In this document: positions 1-11,172 of the stretch, piece by piece | Layout: every line of letters begins with the position of its first letter | How positions within the stretch are numbered: the first letter of the stretch is position 1 | DNA from: Dimorphilus gyrociliatus | Lineage: Eukaryota; Animalia; Annelida | Direction: 5' to 3' | DNA length: 64,000 nucleotides | NCBI GenBank assembly: GCA_904063045.1 | Contig: CAJFCJ010000002.1 | Coordinates: 2,130,422-2,194,421, forward strand | Notes under the pieces: generated by a model | Told to the model about the DNA's origin: nothing | The model's database searches: none | What the model saw: only the letters and a program-made list of their open reading frames with translations | Position numbers and translations under genes: made by a program

Positions 1-196
1 GCTTCAGGGATTTTGTAAAGTTTTAGAAATCAAGTCAGGTTCGTATAGGATGCCATTTTTTAAAGGAGGATTAGATATTAAAGAAGACGTATACATTGCA
101 AAAAATTACTCAAAACTTAGTAATTTCTATATAGTTATATTTTCTTACAGAGGTGTTAGACTGCTTTCTGATCTGTTTAGTAGATTATTTATGTGT

Positions 197-619
197 TCAT
201 GCAATACGGTCAATATTCGTTGTTGTATGATCTCGTAACCCAAGTTCATCCATTCTTGCTGAAGATGCCAACATAGAACCTCCCCCCACCCCCAATCCAT
301 GTGGATCGATCCCTATTTTCAGCACATTTTCATCTCGACTCTATGCCATTAAATAACGAGCCAGCACCAGTTGCATCATATATTTATAATATATTTCTTT
401 CTACTGTCATATTTTTTATTACAAAAACTGTCAAGGATTTCATGAATGCCTAATAGACTGTCTCTTCCGATTAAAAGTGCTTGAAAGAGGACTTCTGGTG
501 CGGTGGATCTTCAATTTTCAATTTTTTTGTTAGTTACAGTTCATCCATCTGGTAATATTAGAACTATGCAATCCACTTCCGTTATCAATAGCTATAGGTG
601 CTAAACGTTCTCCAGCCAT
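197..619 (-). pseudogene. Degenerate, internally deleted actin/actin-related pseudogene
   Basis: Manual minus-strand translation gives actin-fold motifs in the right order but broken by stops and frame changes: MAGERLAPIAIDNGSG (actin IDNGSG), LPDG*TVT..N*RSTAPEVLFQALLIGRDSLLGIHE (actin [23 protein letters not shown]...GIHE), ATGAGSLFNGIESR (LSGGTTMYPGIADR), RSTWIGG..GSMLASS (YSVWIGGSILAS), DELG (DESG). Confidence 0.75.
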
Positions 620-639
620 CCTTTTGATAGAAATAATGA

Positions 640-1480
640 ACAAATTTTCTTCAACAGACGAAGATTTATTAGTGTAGTGATTTCTATTGAATAATTCTTC
701 AAAAAGTTTTTAACAGTACGTCAGTAATTTGAATCAAAGTTCTTTTTGTTTATTGGTATGTGTAGTCATTAGTTACAACAGAGAGCTAAGTCTTTTGAAA
801 CAAGTTTCGAAAAAGTACGCAGCAGACAGGTCTTTCTCGTTAAGGCTAATAAAATAGATAAGATCATGCAAATCTCCATCATTGATTATCTGATGACCCT
901 AAGATGTTTTCTATAGATAAAGCCATCATTTACTTCAAGCTAAGACATATGTACTAGTATCTACTTGATATCTTTAAACCGGTGAAGTTGAAATATTTCT
1001 CATTCGAAAATATTTGAAATTTATTAAAAAGATATGTCTTCCCTTTAAATCATATATTATCGTCTTTGTTCTTAAACACCAAACGAGAAATAGAGTATTT
1101 ACACAATGCTCTATTGAAATAATCTCAATTGATATATATAAAAGTTTACTAATTCATTCGTGATTCAAATTATGCAGATCATTCGGCAGTTGAATCTATT
1201 TAACATTCAATTCTTGATTGCATAAACTTAATACTGTAAATCCAATCTATTCCATCTTTTATATGGAGAATAATTGAAGTATAAAAAGTATTTTCAAGAG
1301 AATTATTTTTCATAGTTGATTTTATAATAAATTTCAGAATAAATCTTCAATATTAAAATCATCAAAATCGCTTCCCAATGAGTCGAAGGGTGGTGGAAAA
1401 TCTTTTAAAAAGTTCTCTTCTCCTTCGAATGGTTCATTTTCGTTTGTTACATTCAACAAATTAATATCCTTTTCAGAACT
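640..1480 (-). pseudogene. Possible decayed coding sequence, weakly LRR-like, upstream of the actin relic
   Basis: Protein-like fragments separated by stops: SSEKDINLLNVTNENEPFEGEENFLKDFPPPFDSLGSDFDDFNIEDLF*, FTVLSLCNQELNVK*IQLPNDLHNLNHE*, INDGDLHDLIYFISLNEKDLSAAYFFETCFKRLSSLL*. Family not securely recognised. Confidence 0.3.
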
Positions 1481-2002
1481 GTGTTACCATAATTATTAAT
1501 TTAAAGAAATTATTAAGCTTTCTTTATATATTTAAAACATTGATTTAAAAAGACATGAGTTATAACTGAATAACTATCAGTTCAATGTTCGGTAGGTATG
1601 TCAGATATTGATTAGATAAATATTTTCATTTTCTTGTTTCATCTTATCCCCCTTCCCTTCCCACCCTTGTCCCAAACAGGAAAAAATGACTAATAATCGT
1701 GGGTAAAATTACAAAAGCGCTAAAGTATTGATCACTTTTCTGTTAAATACTGAATAATAAAAAGCTAAAAAAAGACTTTCCTGATTTTTGATACCTGTGA
1801 CTAACTTGATTCTGGGTTAGATGTAGTAATTTTTAGTTGTTAAATGATTAAGAAGCAGTGTAAGCTTCTTTATTAGTTAAAATTAAGCGATTTGTTATAT
1901 TATACTGCATTATGAACATATAAATACGTAAAATAACAGATAACATATTTATATATTTGATGTTGTGAATAATCGTTGATGTAAAAATTTAAAATATATA
2001 CA

Positions 2003-2003
<1 letters not shown>

Positions 2004-2040
<37 letters not shown>

Positions 2041-2050
2041 TATATATATT
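2004..2050. repeat. (TA)n microsatellite in KANSL3 3' flank
   Basis: Visible alternating TA run. Confidence 0.9.
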
Positions 2051-2151
2051 TCGTAAAATAACATTTTATTATCGGTAATCAACTAGAATATGCATATGCA
2101 GTAATTGGAAAAAAAGGCTGGGAGCATAAAATTGTTTTGAAAAATAGAAAT

Positions 2152-5100
2152 TTACTGTTTTGGTTGGGTATGAACATCCTTTCTCATTGCCATTTGATTT
2201 ATATGGGCTTTCGCAATTATCCCACCTAAAGTATCTTCGGAAGGTGTAGCAGTAACAGGTATTAATCCGTAAAGTCTAGATGGGGGTGATTGAAATACCG
2301 ATTTATCTTTTTGCTGCTCTTCTTGTTTTATGCATTCAAGAACTGGAGCTGGTGGACCCATTTCTATCGGTTTATTAAGCAATGCTGTCATTGTTGGACT
2401 AGTAGGCGCTAATGGGGACTGCCTTTGTTGTTTCGCAGGAAGAGTTACAATCTGAGAAATAGGAAGAGCTATATTTGATACACCAGATTGAATAACTGAC
2501 TGAACCGGTACACCCAGTTTCGAAGCCAACTGGGCCAAAACATTTTGTGATGTCTTTGGTGTTGATACAAAACTAGAAATAGATGGAAGAGAGGCTTCGG
2601 TAGTTGTCTGTTTTTGCACAACTCTTTTTTTAACTGGTACTTTAGGTTGCTGCGATTCAATCTTTCTCTTCGGTGCTCCTAATTAGGACATAATTATTAT
2701 TCATCAACGTTTATATTTTTTTGATAATAAGTTAGTAGTGTCAATTTACCGGACAACTGACTGACAAACATTTTTCTATTGAATGGATGTTGCTGCTGCT
2801 GATTTTGTTGTTGTTGTTGCTGCTGCTGCTGCTGCTGTTGTTGTTGTTGGTAATGTTGCTGATGCTGATGAAGTTGAGTAGAAGATAGAGTATTCTTTGG
2901 TTTTGATTGAGTAACCTTAAAAAAGGAATAGTTTTTGATGGCCTTAGTGCTGAAGCAAATTTCACTTACGTCGCCTGATTGTAGTCGCTTTCTAAATCCC
3001 TGATGCGTATTCGGAGCAGGCTTCCTCTTTATAACAGCAGGCTGAATGGTAGATATTCATCAGTTTTATCAATATTTAAATTTCCAATCGGAAATTAATC
3101 CTATACTTACATGTAACGTATCTTCTATCGTGCTGATTGTTTCGTTAGATTGGGCATGAGAGTTAATTAATTCTTGAGTTAGAATAGTACCTAAAAATTG
3201 GGATATTTCTTCCATAATACATTTATCAACAACTGCCTGTGTAAATCCTTCTGCTCTTAATTTTTCGGAACATATATGTAGATTATTATCTGCACCACCA
3301 ACAGCTATCAGACCATTCTCCGATCTCATTTCTTTAAAAAAATATTTGAAATACTTTAATAACTATTATTCAATATTTAATTTTTCAACAGACTCTCTCT
3401 CAATTCTTCAATATCGTCGACACTCGATAGAGTCGATAATTGTCCCACAACAAACAGTGTAGGGGTAGTAAGCTCTAACAATATGTCGTCACATTCTCCT
3501 CTTTTGCCATCAACGCATGCAGTATTAAAGTTAAGACATACAATTGCAGCGATATGTTCTTCCAAGGCAACCTTATAAAAATAATTTGAAATTAACATTT
3601 GTATAAAGAGTAGAATTTATAGAAATAAATCAATTTTACCTGCATACACATTGTAGCCCCAAAATTCCAACCAACCAACACTATGGGAGAGTGTTTATAA
3701 TGATGTTGGACAGTTGTAATTTTCTCTTTTAAGCAAGCTATCATTTGATCCATAAATTGTAAACAAGTCATAGACTCTTTGGTTCTTGGTGGAAATGTTA
3801 GTTGTATCGTCTTTCCCATATCCGATAACTGATTACACCAAAATTTCATCCTCTTGGTGTGGGGAGAAGAGTTCGATATTGGACCATTAGGCACAACAAT
3901 AATAACAGGATCTCCTGGTAGTTTTTGCTAAAAATAATTAATATAAAATATATTTATCACCAATAATATATATACAGTATACATATTCTATAAAAACTTA
4001 CCAATTTGTATCTATTGAACATTCCAGTATTTAGAATTGGATCCCATGGTCGTCGTATTAACTCGCTAACAAAATTTCTATGCTCCGGTGCGATATGTAG
4101 TTCTGAGAGATCCTTTGATGATGACATCATTCTTTCTATGAGGGTTGTTATCTAAGCCAAACATAGGCGGAATAAAAGCATGAAAATAAACATTCGAATT
4201 CCAGAGAAATGTCAGATAGCTTAATCTAATCGAATTACTACCTTTGGTTTAAGAGTCTGTAGGATTTCATAATAAACAGCTAAGGTTTGGTGCGATAGAT
4301 TTTGTACAAGTATATGATGTAACCATTGGGAAAGTTTAGAATCCTATAGAGAACAAATTATGCATATTTATATTGTTATTTGCTAGAGAAATATTTAAAA
4401 TTCTACTAACCCACATCACTGTTGCCATAGTGTGTCTAAATCTTCTCGATGTTTTATTTAAAGATATTCTTCTAAGTATAGGCTCTTTTGAATTCTATAA
4501 CACAAGAAATTAATTGTACAATTAATTTAATTAATGATAAAATATATACATACATCCTTATAAGCTAATCTGGCCAAAAGCTCATTTTGTAAAACTCTCA
4601 TTATTTTGGTAAATAATCGAGTTTGTTGTTGAGTCCATCCGAATCTATTTAATAGAAAATGAAGAAGGGCCAAATGATAAATTATTTAAAATATACACAT
4701 CATAAAAATAAATGAAATAAAAATATCTGTCCTTTTTTTTCTTTTCAAAATAATAAATATGCAATACAGTAACATATCTCATGCATAAAATGTTTATAAT
4801 AATAATAGTAATAATAATAATAAACATTAAATATAAGCCACAACACCGAAGTAAAAAAGCCAATTACCATCTATTGTTTATTCGAAATATGTCCCATAAT
4901 TATTCTTTATTATATTTTATATCGGTAAAATATATTAAAAAAGCTACAATTATACATAATATACTATATATATTTGTAATACTAGATTGTAAGGCAAAAT
5001 ACAAAAACACTCTTTGTTTTTATATTTGCTTAAGTAATGCATTAAAAATAGATTTGCTTTTTCTTTCCAAAAAAAAAAGAATCAAAGAGATTTAAATGAT

Positions 5101-6350
5101 AGCATCTTTTTATCTTTTGTTTTTTTTTCTTTTTTCACAAGTAAACCGTTTGCCTAGAAGTGAATTTTGAATAAATCAGAAGGAAAAGAAAAAATCAAAC
5201 CTATTTTTTTTATCATCTATTTAAGTTTAACATTACAGCTGATATTTTTATTTGAATAAACTATCTTATATGTCGATATTTCTAACGTTTAAAAAATAAA
5301 ACTTGTGCAAAAGCCAAAAAAAAAAAAATTATCAAAAATTACCCGATAATACGACGATGACGGTGAGACTCGGACCTGGAGTGATTACATAACAAGGCGT
5401 CATTAGATACGACGCTTTTTGTTTTTAAAAAAAGTGATAATCAGAAAAGCAAAAAAAATGAGAAAAAAGAACAAAAAAATATGAAAAAAACTAAAGTTTG
5501 GTGAGTTAACGATAGCATTACGAAATAGTTGTGATTTTTTTTATGTTTTATACTCGGTAATGAGGTAGTCAAACATTTGAATTTCGGAGGTTATATATCT
5601 GTAAGAATGATAACCGACAGAAATCTTAATTCTACAACGAACACATTTTTCGCAATTTTTTCAAATTTGATTAATCTCTTGGAACTTTCATCAATTCTAA
5701 GTTTTGGATGAGGAATAAAACTACATCGTAAAAAGAGAAATTTTTACTCACTTGGCCATAGTTTTCTCCAAATTTCCCTTTTCTTTATTCAGATTTGCCA
5801 GCTATTTTTGTAGAGAATAGAATTATTAATGTCAAATAAATATTTTACAATTATTAAAGAGTATATATGTGCATACTTGTAATAACTTTTCTGTTTCGTT
5901 CATTTGCTCTTTACCCTTTTCTCGATCATAGGGTATTCCTGTAGGTTCTTCAACTGATTCAATGTCAATTTCTTCTTCTTCATCATCTATTCTATAATTA
6001 ATTAAAAATGATACATTAAATTTTAACATCCAATGAACTCTTTCGTCTTATTATAGATATCTACTTGTTGTCTCGCTTAACACTCCTGCTCATAAACAGA
6101 CATTTTATCGGTTTGGCATGTTTTGCTTCCGGATGGGCATTTGCTGGCTTTGCGTATGAATGATCCAAAGAGACTGACGTACTTTCTGATTTTTCCGTTG
6201 CTACAAGTTGAGATACAAGAGTCCTTTTTGATGGAGTCATGTAATTTGCCTAAATCGAGGTAATATTATAATGTAAATGATCAATGTATGGTATGAACTT
6301 ACTATAATATCAGAACTCAACCTCTCTAAGCATACTTGTACATTAGCCAT
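2152..6350 (-). CDS. KANSL3: KAT8 regulatory NSL complex subunit 3 (multi-exon)
   Basis: Spliced translation: MANVQVCLERL..., EEEIDIESVEE, FGWTQQQTRLFTKIMRVLQNELLARLAY, EPILRRISLNKTSRRFR, alpha/beta-hydrolase-like HSPIVLVGWNFGATMCMQV, MRSENGLIAVGGADNNLHI, then a Q/S/P-rich tail ending at TAA 2152-2154. ATG at 6350. Confidence 0.9.
2805..2849 (-). repeat. CAA/CAG repeat encoding Q15 in KANSL3
   Basis: (CAA)4(CAG)6(CAA)5 in frame within the exon reading HQHQQHY-Q15-NQQQQHPFNRK. Confidence 0.85.
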
Positions 6351-6781
6351 CTTTTTAAGTAACTGAAATCGTTATACAAAATAAAAAATGAGTAGTTTAT
6401 TTTTTATTATCTAGATAGTTTGACTCACTCCTAACGGATGAGAGATAGTAGAATGAAATATGTGAAAATTAATAAAGATTTTAAAGCGAAAAGATCAACC
6501 AACCAACCTTACTATTTTTTACGCACATTCTTAATCAATCAAAACACATAAGACAATAAAAAACATTAAAAAACCTGAGAAATTTGATGAAAATGGTAAA
6601 TATGCGAACAAGAGTATAATAACGATCTTATGAAAACTGGTAAACTGTAAGTTGAACTACCTGTTATTGTAGACTCGTCCTAGCAACATTTCAAATGGCG
6701 GCCCAGTAACAAACAATCCAAGTTTACATATCGACTTTACTGGATTCCTTTGATTTTAATTTTGTTCAAGCTGATTTAAAT
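6351..6781. promoter_or_regulatory. Divergent KANSL3/MNS1 promoter with RFX X-box-like, YY1-like and forkhead-like motifs
   Basis: Head-to-head ATGs are 431 bp apart. GTCCTAGCAAC at 6677-6687 (RFX-type), TCAAATGGCGGC at 6691-6702 (YY1-type), AACAAACA at about 6708-6715 (forkhead-type). Confidence 0.55.
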
Positions 6782-8330
6782 ATGGTAAGGAATATATTCA
6801 CCAGCGTTTTTCTATTTATTTATATGTATAAATTATCTATGTTAGGCAACTCAACTTAGATCAAGAAATCCCATTCTGGCAAGCTTCGAGCAGCGAGAAG
6901 GGGAAGACTCAAAAGACGCTGCTAAGAAAAGACTTCGCCAACAACAAATGATGGAAGCTAGTGCTGCTGCAGAAGAAAGGGTAGAAACAAAACGCCTAAA
7001 TAGACAAATAAGAATGGAACAACATGAAAGAGATATGGAAGAAAGTATTATAAGAAACCAACAACAAAAAGAACTTCGGCGAATGAGAGAAGAGCAAGAT
7101 GAACAATTAGCAAGGGAAATTGCCGCCCGAAAGGCGTCTGAGTTACGAGACGTGAAGATAAGACAACAAATTCGCGATACCAGTCTTGAACTCAGAGAGT
7201 TGGAAGCTCAACTTAAATCAGCGTATGTAGCGAAAGAACGCCAAGCCCAAATTGCCGAGAAAGAGGCACATAAATACGACAATCTAGCTAGAGATGCTGA
7301 AATAGTCAAGGTAATGAAAGAAGAAGCTATCAGAGCTGCTGAAGCAGATAAAATAAAGGAAATTGAACGCTACAAGGAAGCCGTCAAATATCAACAACAA
7401 TTAGAACGCCAACTAGAAGAACAGGAAAAAAAGAAACAACAAGCCTATGAGGAATTCTTGAAGGAGAAATTAATGATAGATGAAATAGTAAGAAAAATCT
7501 ATGAAGAAGATCAACAAGAGAGGGAACGCCAAATGAATATACAAAAGGTCCAAAAACAATACATGGATGAATTCTTGAAAAAGAGAAACGATTGGAAAAA
7601 AGTGGAAAAAGAACGTATGGAAGAAGAGAATAAAAAAATTATGGAATACGCCCGAGAGCAGGCTCGAAGGGAAGAAGCAAGAAAGGCTGAGAAGAAAAGA
7701 ATGGAAGCTTCCCGCGATGCCCTTTTGGATAAGATGGCTAAGGACATCAATGAACAGAGACGAAAGGTTGAAGAAATGGAAGAAGTTCGCCAAGAGTTAT
7801 ACCTTGAAGAACAGGAAGAAAAGGAACGCGAAAGAGAGAGAGCTGAAATTGAAAAGAGACTCCGAACCAAATTAGCCCTGCAGCAGACTCACGCTGAACA
7901 AATTAGACTGAAACAAGTAAGAATGCAAGCAGAAGAAGAAGAAGAAAACCGATTCAAGGCGGAAATGATGGCCAAGTTTGCCGAAGATGATAGAATAGAA
8001 CAAATGAATGCCCAGAAAAGAAGAATGAAACAACTAGAACACAAGAGAGCCGTTGAGAAACTTCTGGAGGATAGAAGACAACAATTTATCTCTGAGAGAG
8101 AAAGAGAACGATCAGAGAAAGAAGAAGCAGAGGCATTAGAAGAATACAGGAAGAAGATCATCGAGGAAGAGCGCCAGAAATTATTGAAAGAACATGCACA
8201 TAGACTGCTTGGTTATCTACCGAAAGGTGTTATTAGGGATGAAAGAGATTTAGAACTTTTGGGTCCGGAATTTCAGAAAGAGTACGAAAAAAGAGATATC
8301 GATCCGTTTAACGATTCTTCTCATATGTAA
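6782..8330 (+). CDS. MNS1: Meiosis-specific nuclear structural protein 1 (ciliary microtubule inner protein)
   Basis: Trichoplein-type E/R/K/Q coiled coil ending in HRLLGYLPKGV. ATG-only first coding exon (6782-6784), GTAAGG..TTAG intron 6785-6845, in-frame exon 6846-8330. Product is 495 aa, the length I recall for human MNS1. Confidence 0.93.
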
Positions 8331-8471
8331 TTACTTAATACAAAAATGTACTTTTTATGTATAATAATATTTAATAATAATTAGTAATATTTGTTTTTAT
8401 TATTCTCATAAATACAATAAGCAAAAGGGAAATAAAATACTCTTAGCGCCCTATGAAAGTAAAATATTCTA

Positions 8472-8576
8472 TTTCGCGAAGCTATTTTCGTATTTTTTCG
8501 AACAAAGAAATTTGTTGCGCATGCTCATTATAAATTTTATGTCCTTGAACTTTTCGCGCCAATTCCGCGCGTAAGT
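8472..8576 (+). promoter_or_regulatory. E2F-type sites and probable non-coding first exon of ESCO
   Basis: TTTCGCGAA 8472-8480, TTTTCGCGCC 8551-8560, TTCCGCGC 8563-8570, then donor GTAAGT at 8571. Confidence 0.6.
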
Positions 8577-8613
8577 TTTGTACAAATTTTTAGATCATTC
8601 CTTCCAATTAAGT

Positions 8614-10714
8614 ATGCCCAAAAGAAAAGTGATTGATTTGTAAGTTAAAATATATATAAATATGTAGGGATATATTAACTCTGTCATTGTTTCAGAGAGG
8701 CAAACTCTGGTGATTCAGGGTCAAAAAGAGGTGAGTGAAGGTGGGGTAGCAAATTACTGCAGTGTGTTGACGTTTTAAAAAACTAAACTAACTGTGATAG
8801 TAAAAGAGTTAAACTTCAACCAAGATATTTATTATCTGGGTATTTCGCAACGAAACTGATAAGGGGTATAAAGAAGGAAGTTGGTGTGATATTATCTATC
8901 GTCAACCGAATGACAGATAAGAACCGCTGCCATGAACGATATTTTGTATAGAAATCAACATTCAACAGGTTTTGAGTCTGCCTCATTCTATAACCCTTCA
9001 AAGAGGATAAAGCAGGGGTATCTCTCCCCTTTAGAGAGGGCTGCGCTTCGTCAAAAGCAGACTTCTGAAACTCAATCGGATGAAAACATAAATTTGACTG
9101 TTTCACCTAAACTTCAGAAAAATTCGCCGAGACATGCTAGAAGCACATTAAAAAAATACTCGAAGAAGTCTTCTATACAAACCGGTGCTCCTAAACTGAC
9201 AGGAGCGTCATCAAATAAAGAAGTGGAACAGGAGAAAAATGAAAAAAAGTTTTTTAAGAATAAATCAAAAAAATCCAAAGTCATAATCAACAAAAATGGT
9301 GCATTAAAATTCCAAGTATTAAACTCTCCAATAAAGAACAAAAAGGTCAGAAAACAACGAAAGAAAGCTACCAAAGGTAAGAAAACGGTAGCGGAACAAC
9401 CGTCTTCTACTAATGATAAAGTTGACAAAAATATATCTAGTCCTAAAAGTGAAACTCAGAGTAAAGTATCGGCTGACGAAGGCTCAATTGATATTGAATC
9501 CGATGTTGACTCTAAAAAACAGGAATCTCCAAAAACTGCAAAAGATATATACTCCGAAACTTCTGATTTAGATGTGGATGTTATGAGAAGGGACAGCGAA
9601 TTTAACTGTAAGAAACGATATAGCTCCCAGATTATATCTAATATAATTAAATTCCTATCCATTTTATAGCTTCCTATACAGGTGTGCCTAAAAAAAAGGT
9701 TCAGATGATACTTGTAAGTATTAAACTCATTATCAATTCTTGGCATTCTACTTAACGATAATATTTTACGTACTATAGGATGCTGGTCAAAAGAGAATCG
9801 GTATGCAAATTTGTAACACCTGCGGTATGACCTACTTTTTGGGTAATAAGGAGGACGAGGCTTTACACGCCAAACTCCACGCTAAAAATCCATTCAAATT
9901 TCCGGCAAGTAGAAAATAATGATTGAATAACAGAAAACTTGTATATATTCTAAACATGTCATGACAATTGTATAGGGATGGAAAACTGAAAAAGTAATGC
10001 AATTTTTGCCAAATGGAGATAGAATTATAGTTATAACATCTGATAATAAAGCTCAAATGAGAAAGGTAAATTTCAATATTGTATGTTTTATTAAATGAAA
10101 ACTAATGATAAATCTATCAGCTAAAGCAAATTGAAAGCGTCCTGAACACGGAATTTGGAACGCCTAATGAAGTTGAGCAAAATTACTGTGTTGTAAGTGA
10201 ATCAAATTTAGATATTTTCATTGACAGAATAAACGTAAGCCATCTTTTCAGACTTATTTGTATATTAGCGATAAAAATGTTGTTGGCTATTGCGTTGCGA
10301 CAAAAATAAGCAAGGTATTTATTCTTAATAATCAGTATTCTCTATCAATCGTTCAATTAAAACTGTTCTCATTCCAGGCTAATAGAATCATTGATTCTAA
10401 TGATGATGGACTTATAGAAACTTCGGAAACAGAAGGACCCGCCAGATGTGGAATATATAGGATTTGGGTACACAGAGACTCAAGAAGGCAAAAAGTTGCC
10501 ACTAAGATGTTGAACTGCATAAGGTAATTTATTTGATAAGATCTAGTTAATTTATAAATAAAATCAATTCCTCTTTGTTTATAGGCAAAGCTATATTCTT
10601 GGGCAAGTCTTGGAGAAAGACGATCTAGCTTTTTCTGATCCAACCAATGATGGAAATTGTTTAGCTACTAAATATTTTGGGACAAAGAATTATCTTGTAT
10701 ATAAGAAAATTTAA
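8614..10714 (+). CDS. ESCO2: Cohesin acetyltransferase Eco1/ESCO family (5' exons uncertain)
   Basis: Basic N-terminal region, QMILDAGQK motif, C2H2 finger CNTCGMTY..EDEALHAKLH, GNAT domain CGIYRIWVHRDSRRQKVATKMLNCIR, LAFSDPTNDG, stop TAA 10712-10714. I could not join the 8614-8730 exons to 8932 in frame with certainty. ESCO1 versus ESCO2 is not resolvable. Confidence 0.9.
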
Positions 10715-11172
10715 TTAAAAGTTTTAATGAATGTTGTGCCATTCATGCTAACAAAATGAAAACGAAAACAATATTCCATTTCATGTCATTCCTTTTTTTT
10801 GCAAAATGTGAATTTTGAACTAATACAAAAATTTAATATCGGATATATTAGCAGTTTGTAATTTAAACGAAAAACATCTCTTTAATTAATCTTCATGCTA
10901 TAGATTTAATAGATAAAACTCTTTATTCCGATAATTAAGAAAAATGTCTTTTAATCTCGAGATTCACGTACTAATCTAAACATGATAAGTCTCTTGGGGT
11001 ATAAACAATCTCTGACATGTTTGTTTTTATTATCTATAGGGCGAGAACGAACTTTGATGACCACAGTTGAATAACAATTATAAACATGCTGTTTTGTTTA
11101 TTTGTATTAAATTATTAGTAAAAAAAATAATTAATAAGAAAGAAAATGCGAAAGAAGTAGCACAATTGTCGC

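Noticed and set aside
5561-5575. TGAGGTAGT resembling let-7
   Set aside because: Only 9 nt match, there is no hairpin, and it is the antisense of a candidate KANSL3 exon.
7470-8161. Antisense ORFs over MNS1, and similar ones over CEP152, ESCO and NuMA
   Set aside because: S/L/F-rich mirror translations of E/K/R-rich coiled-coil codons.
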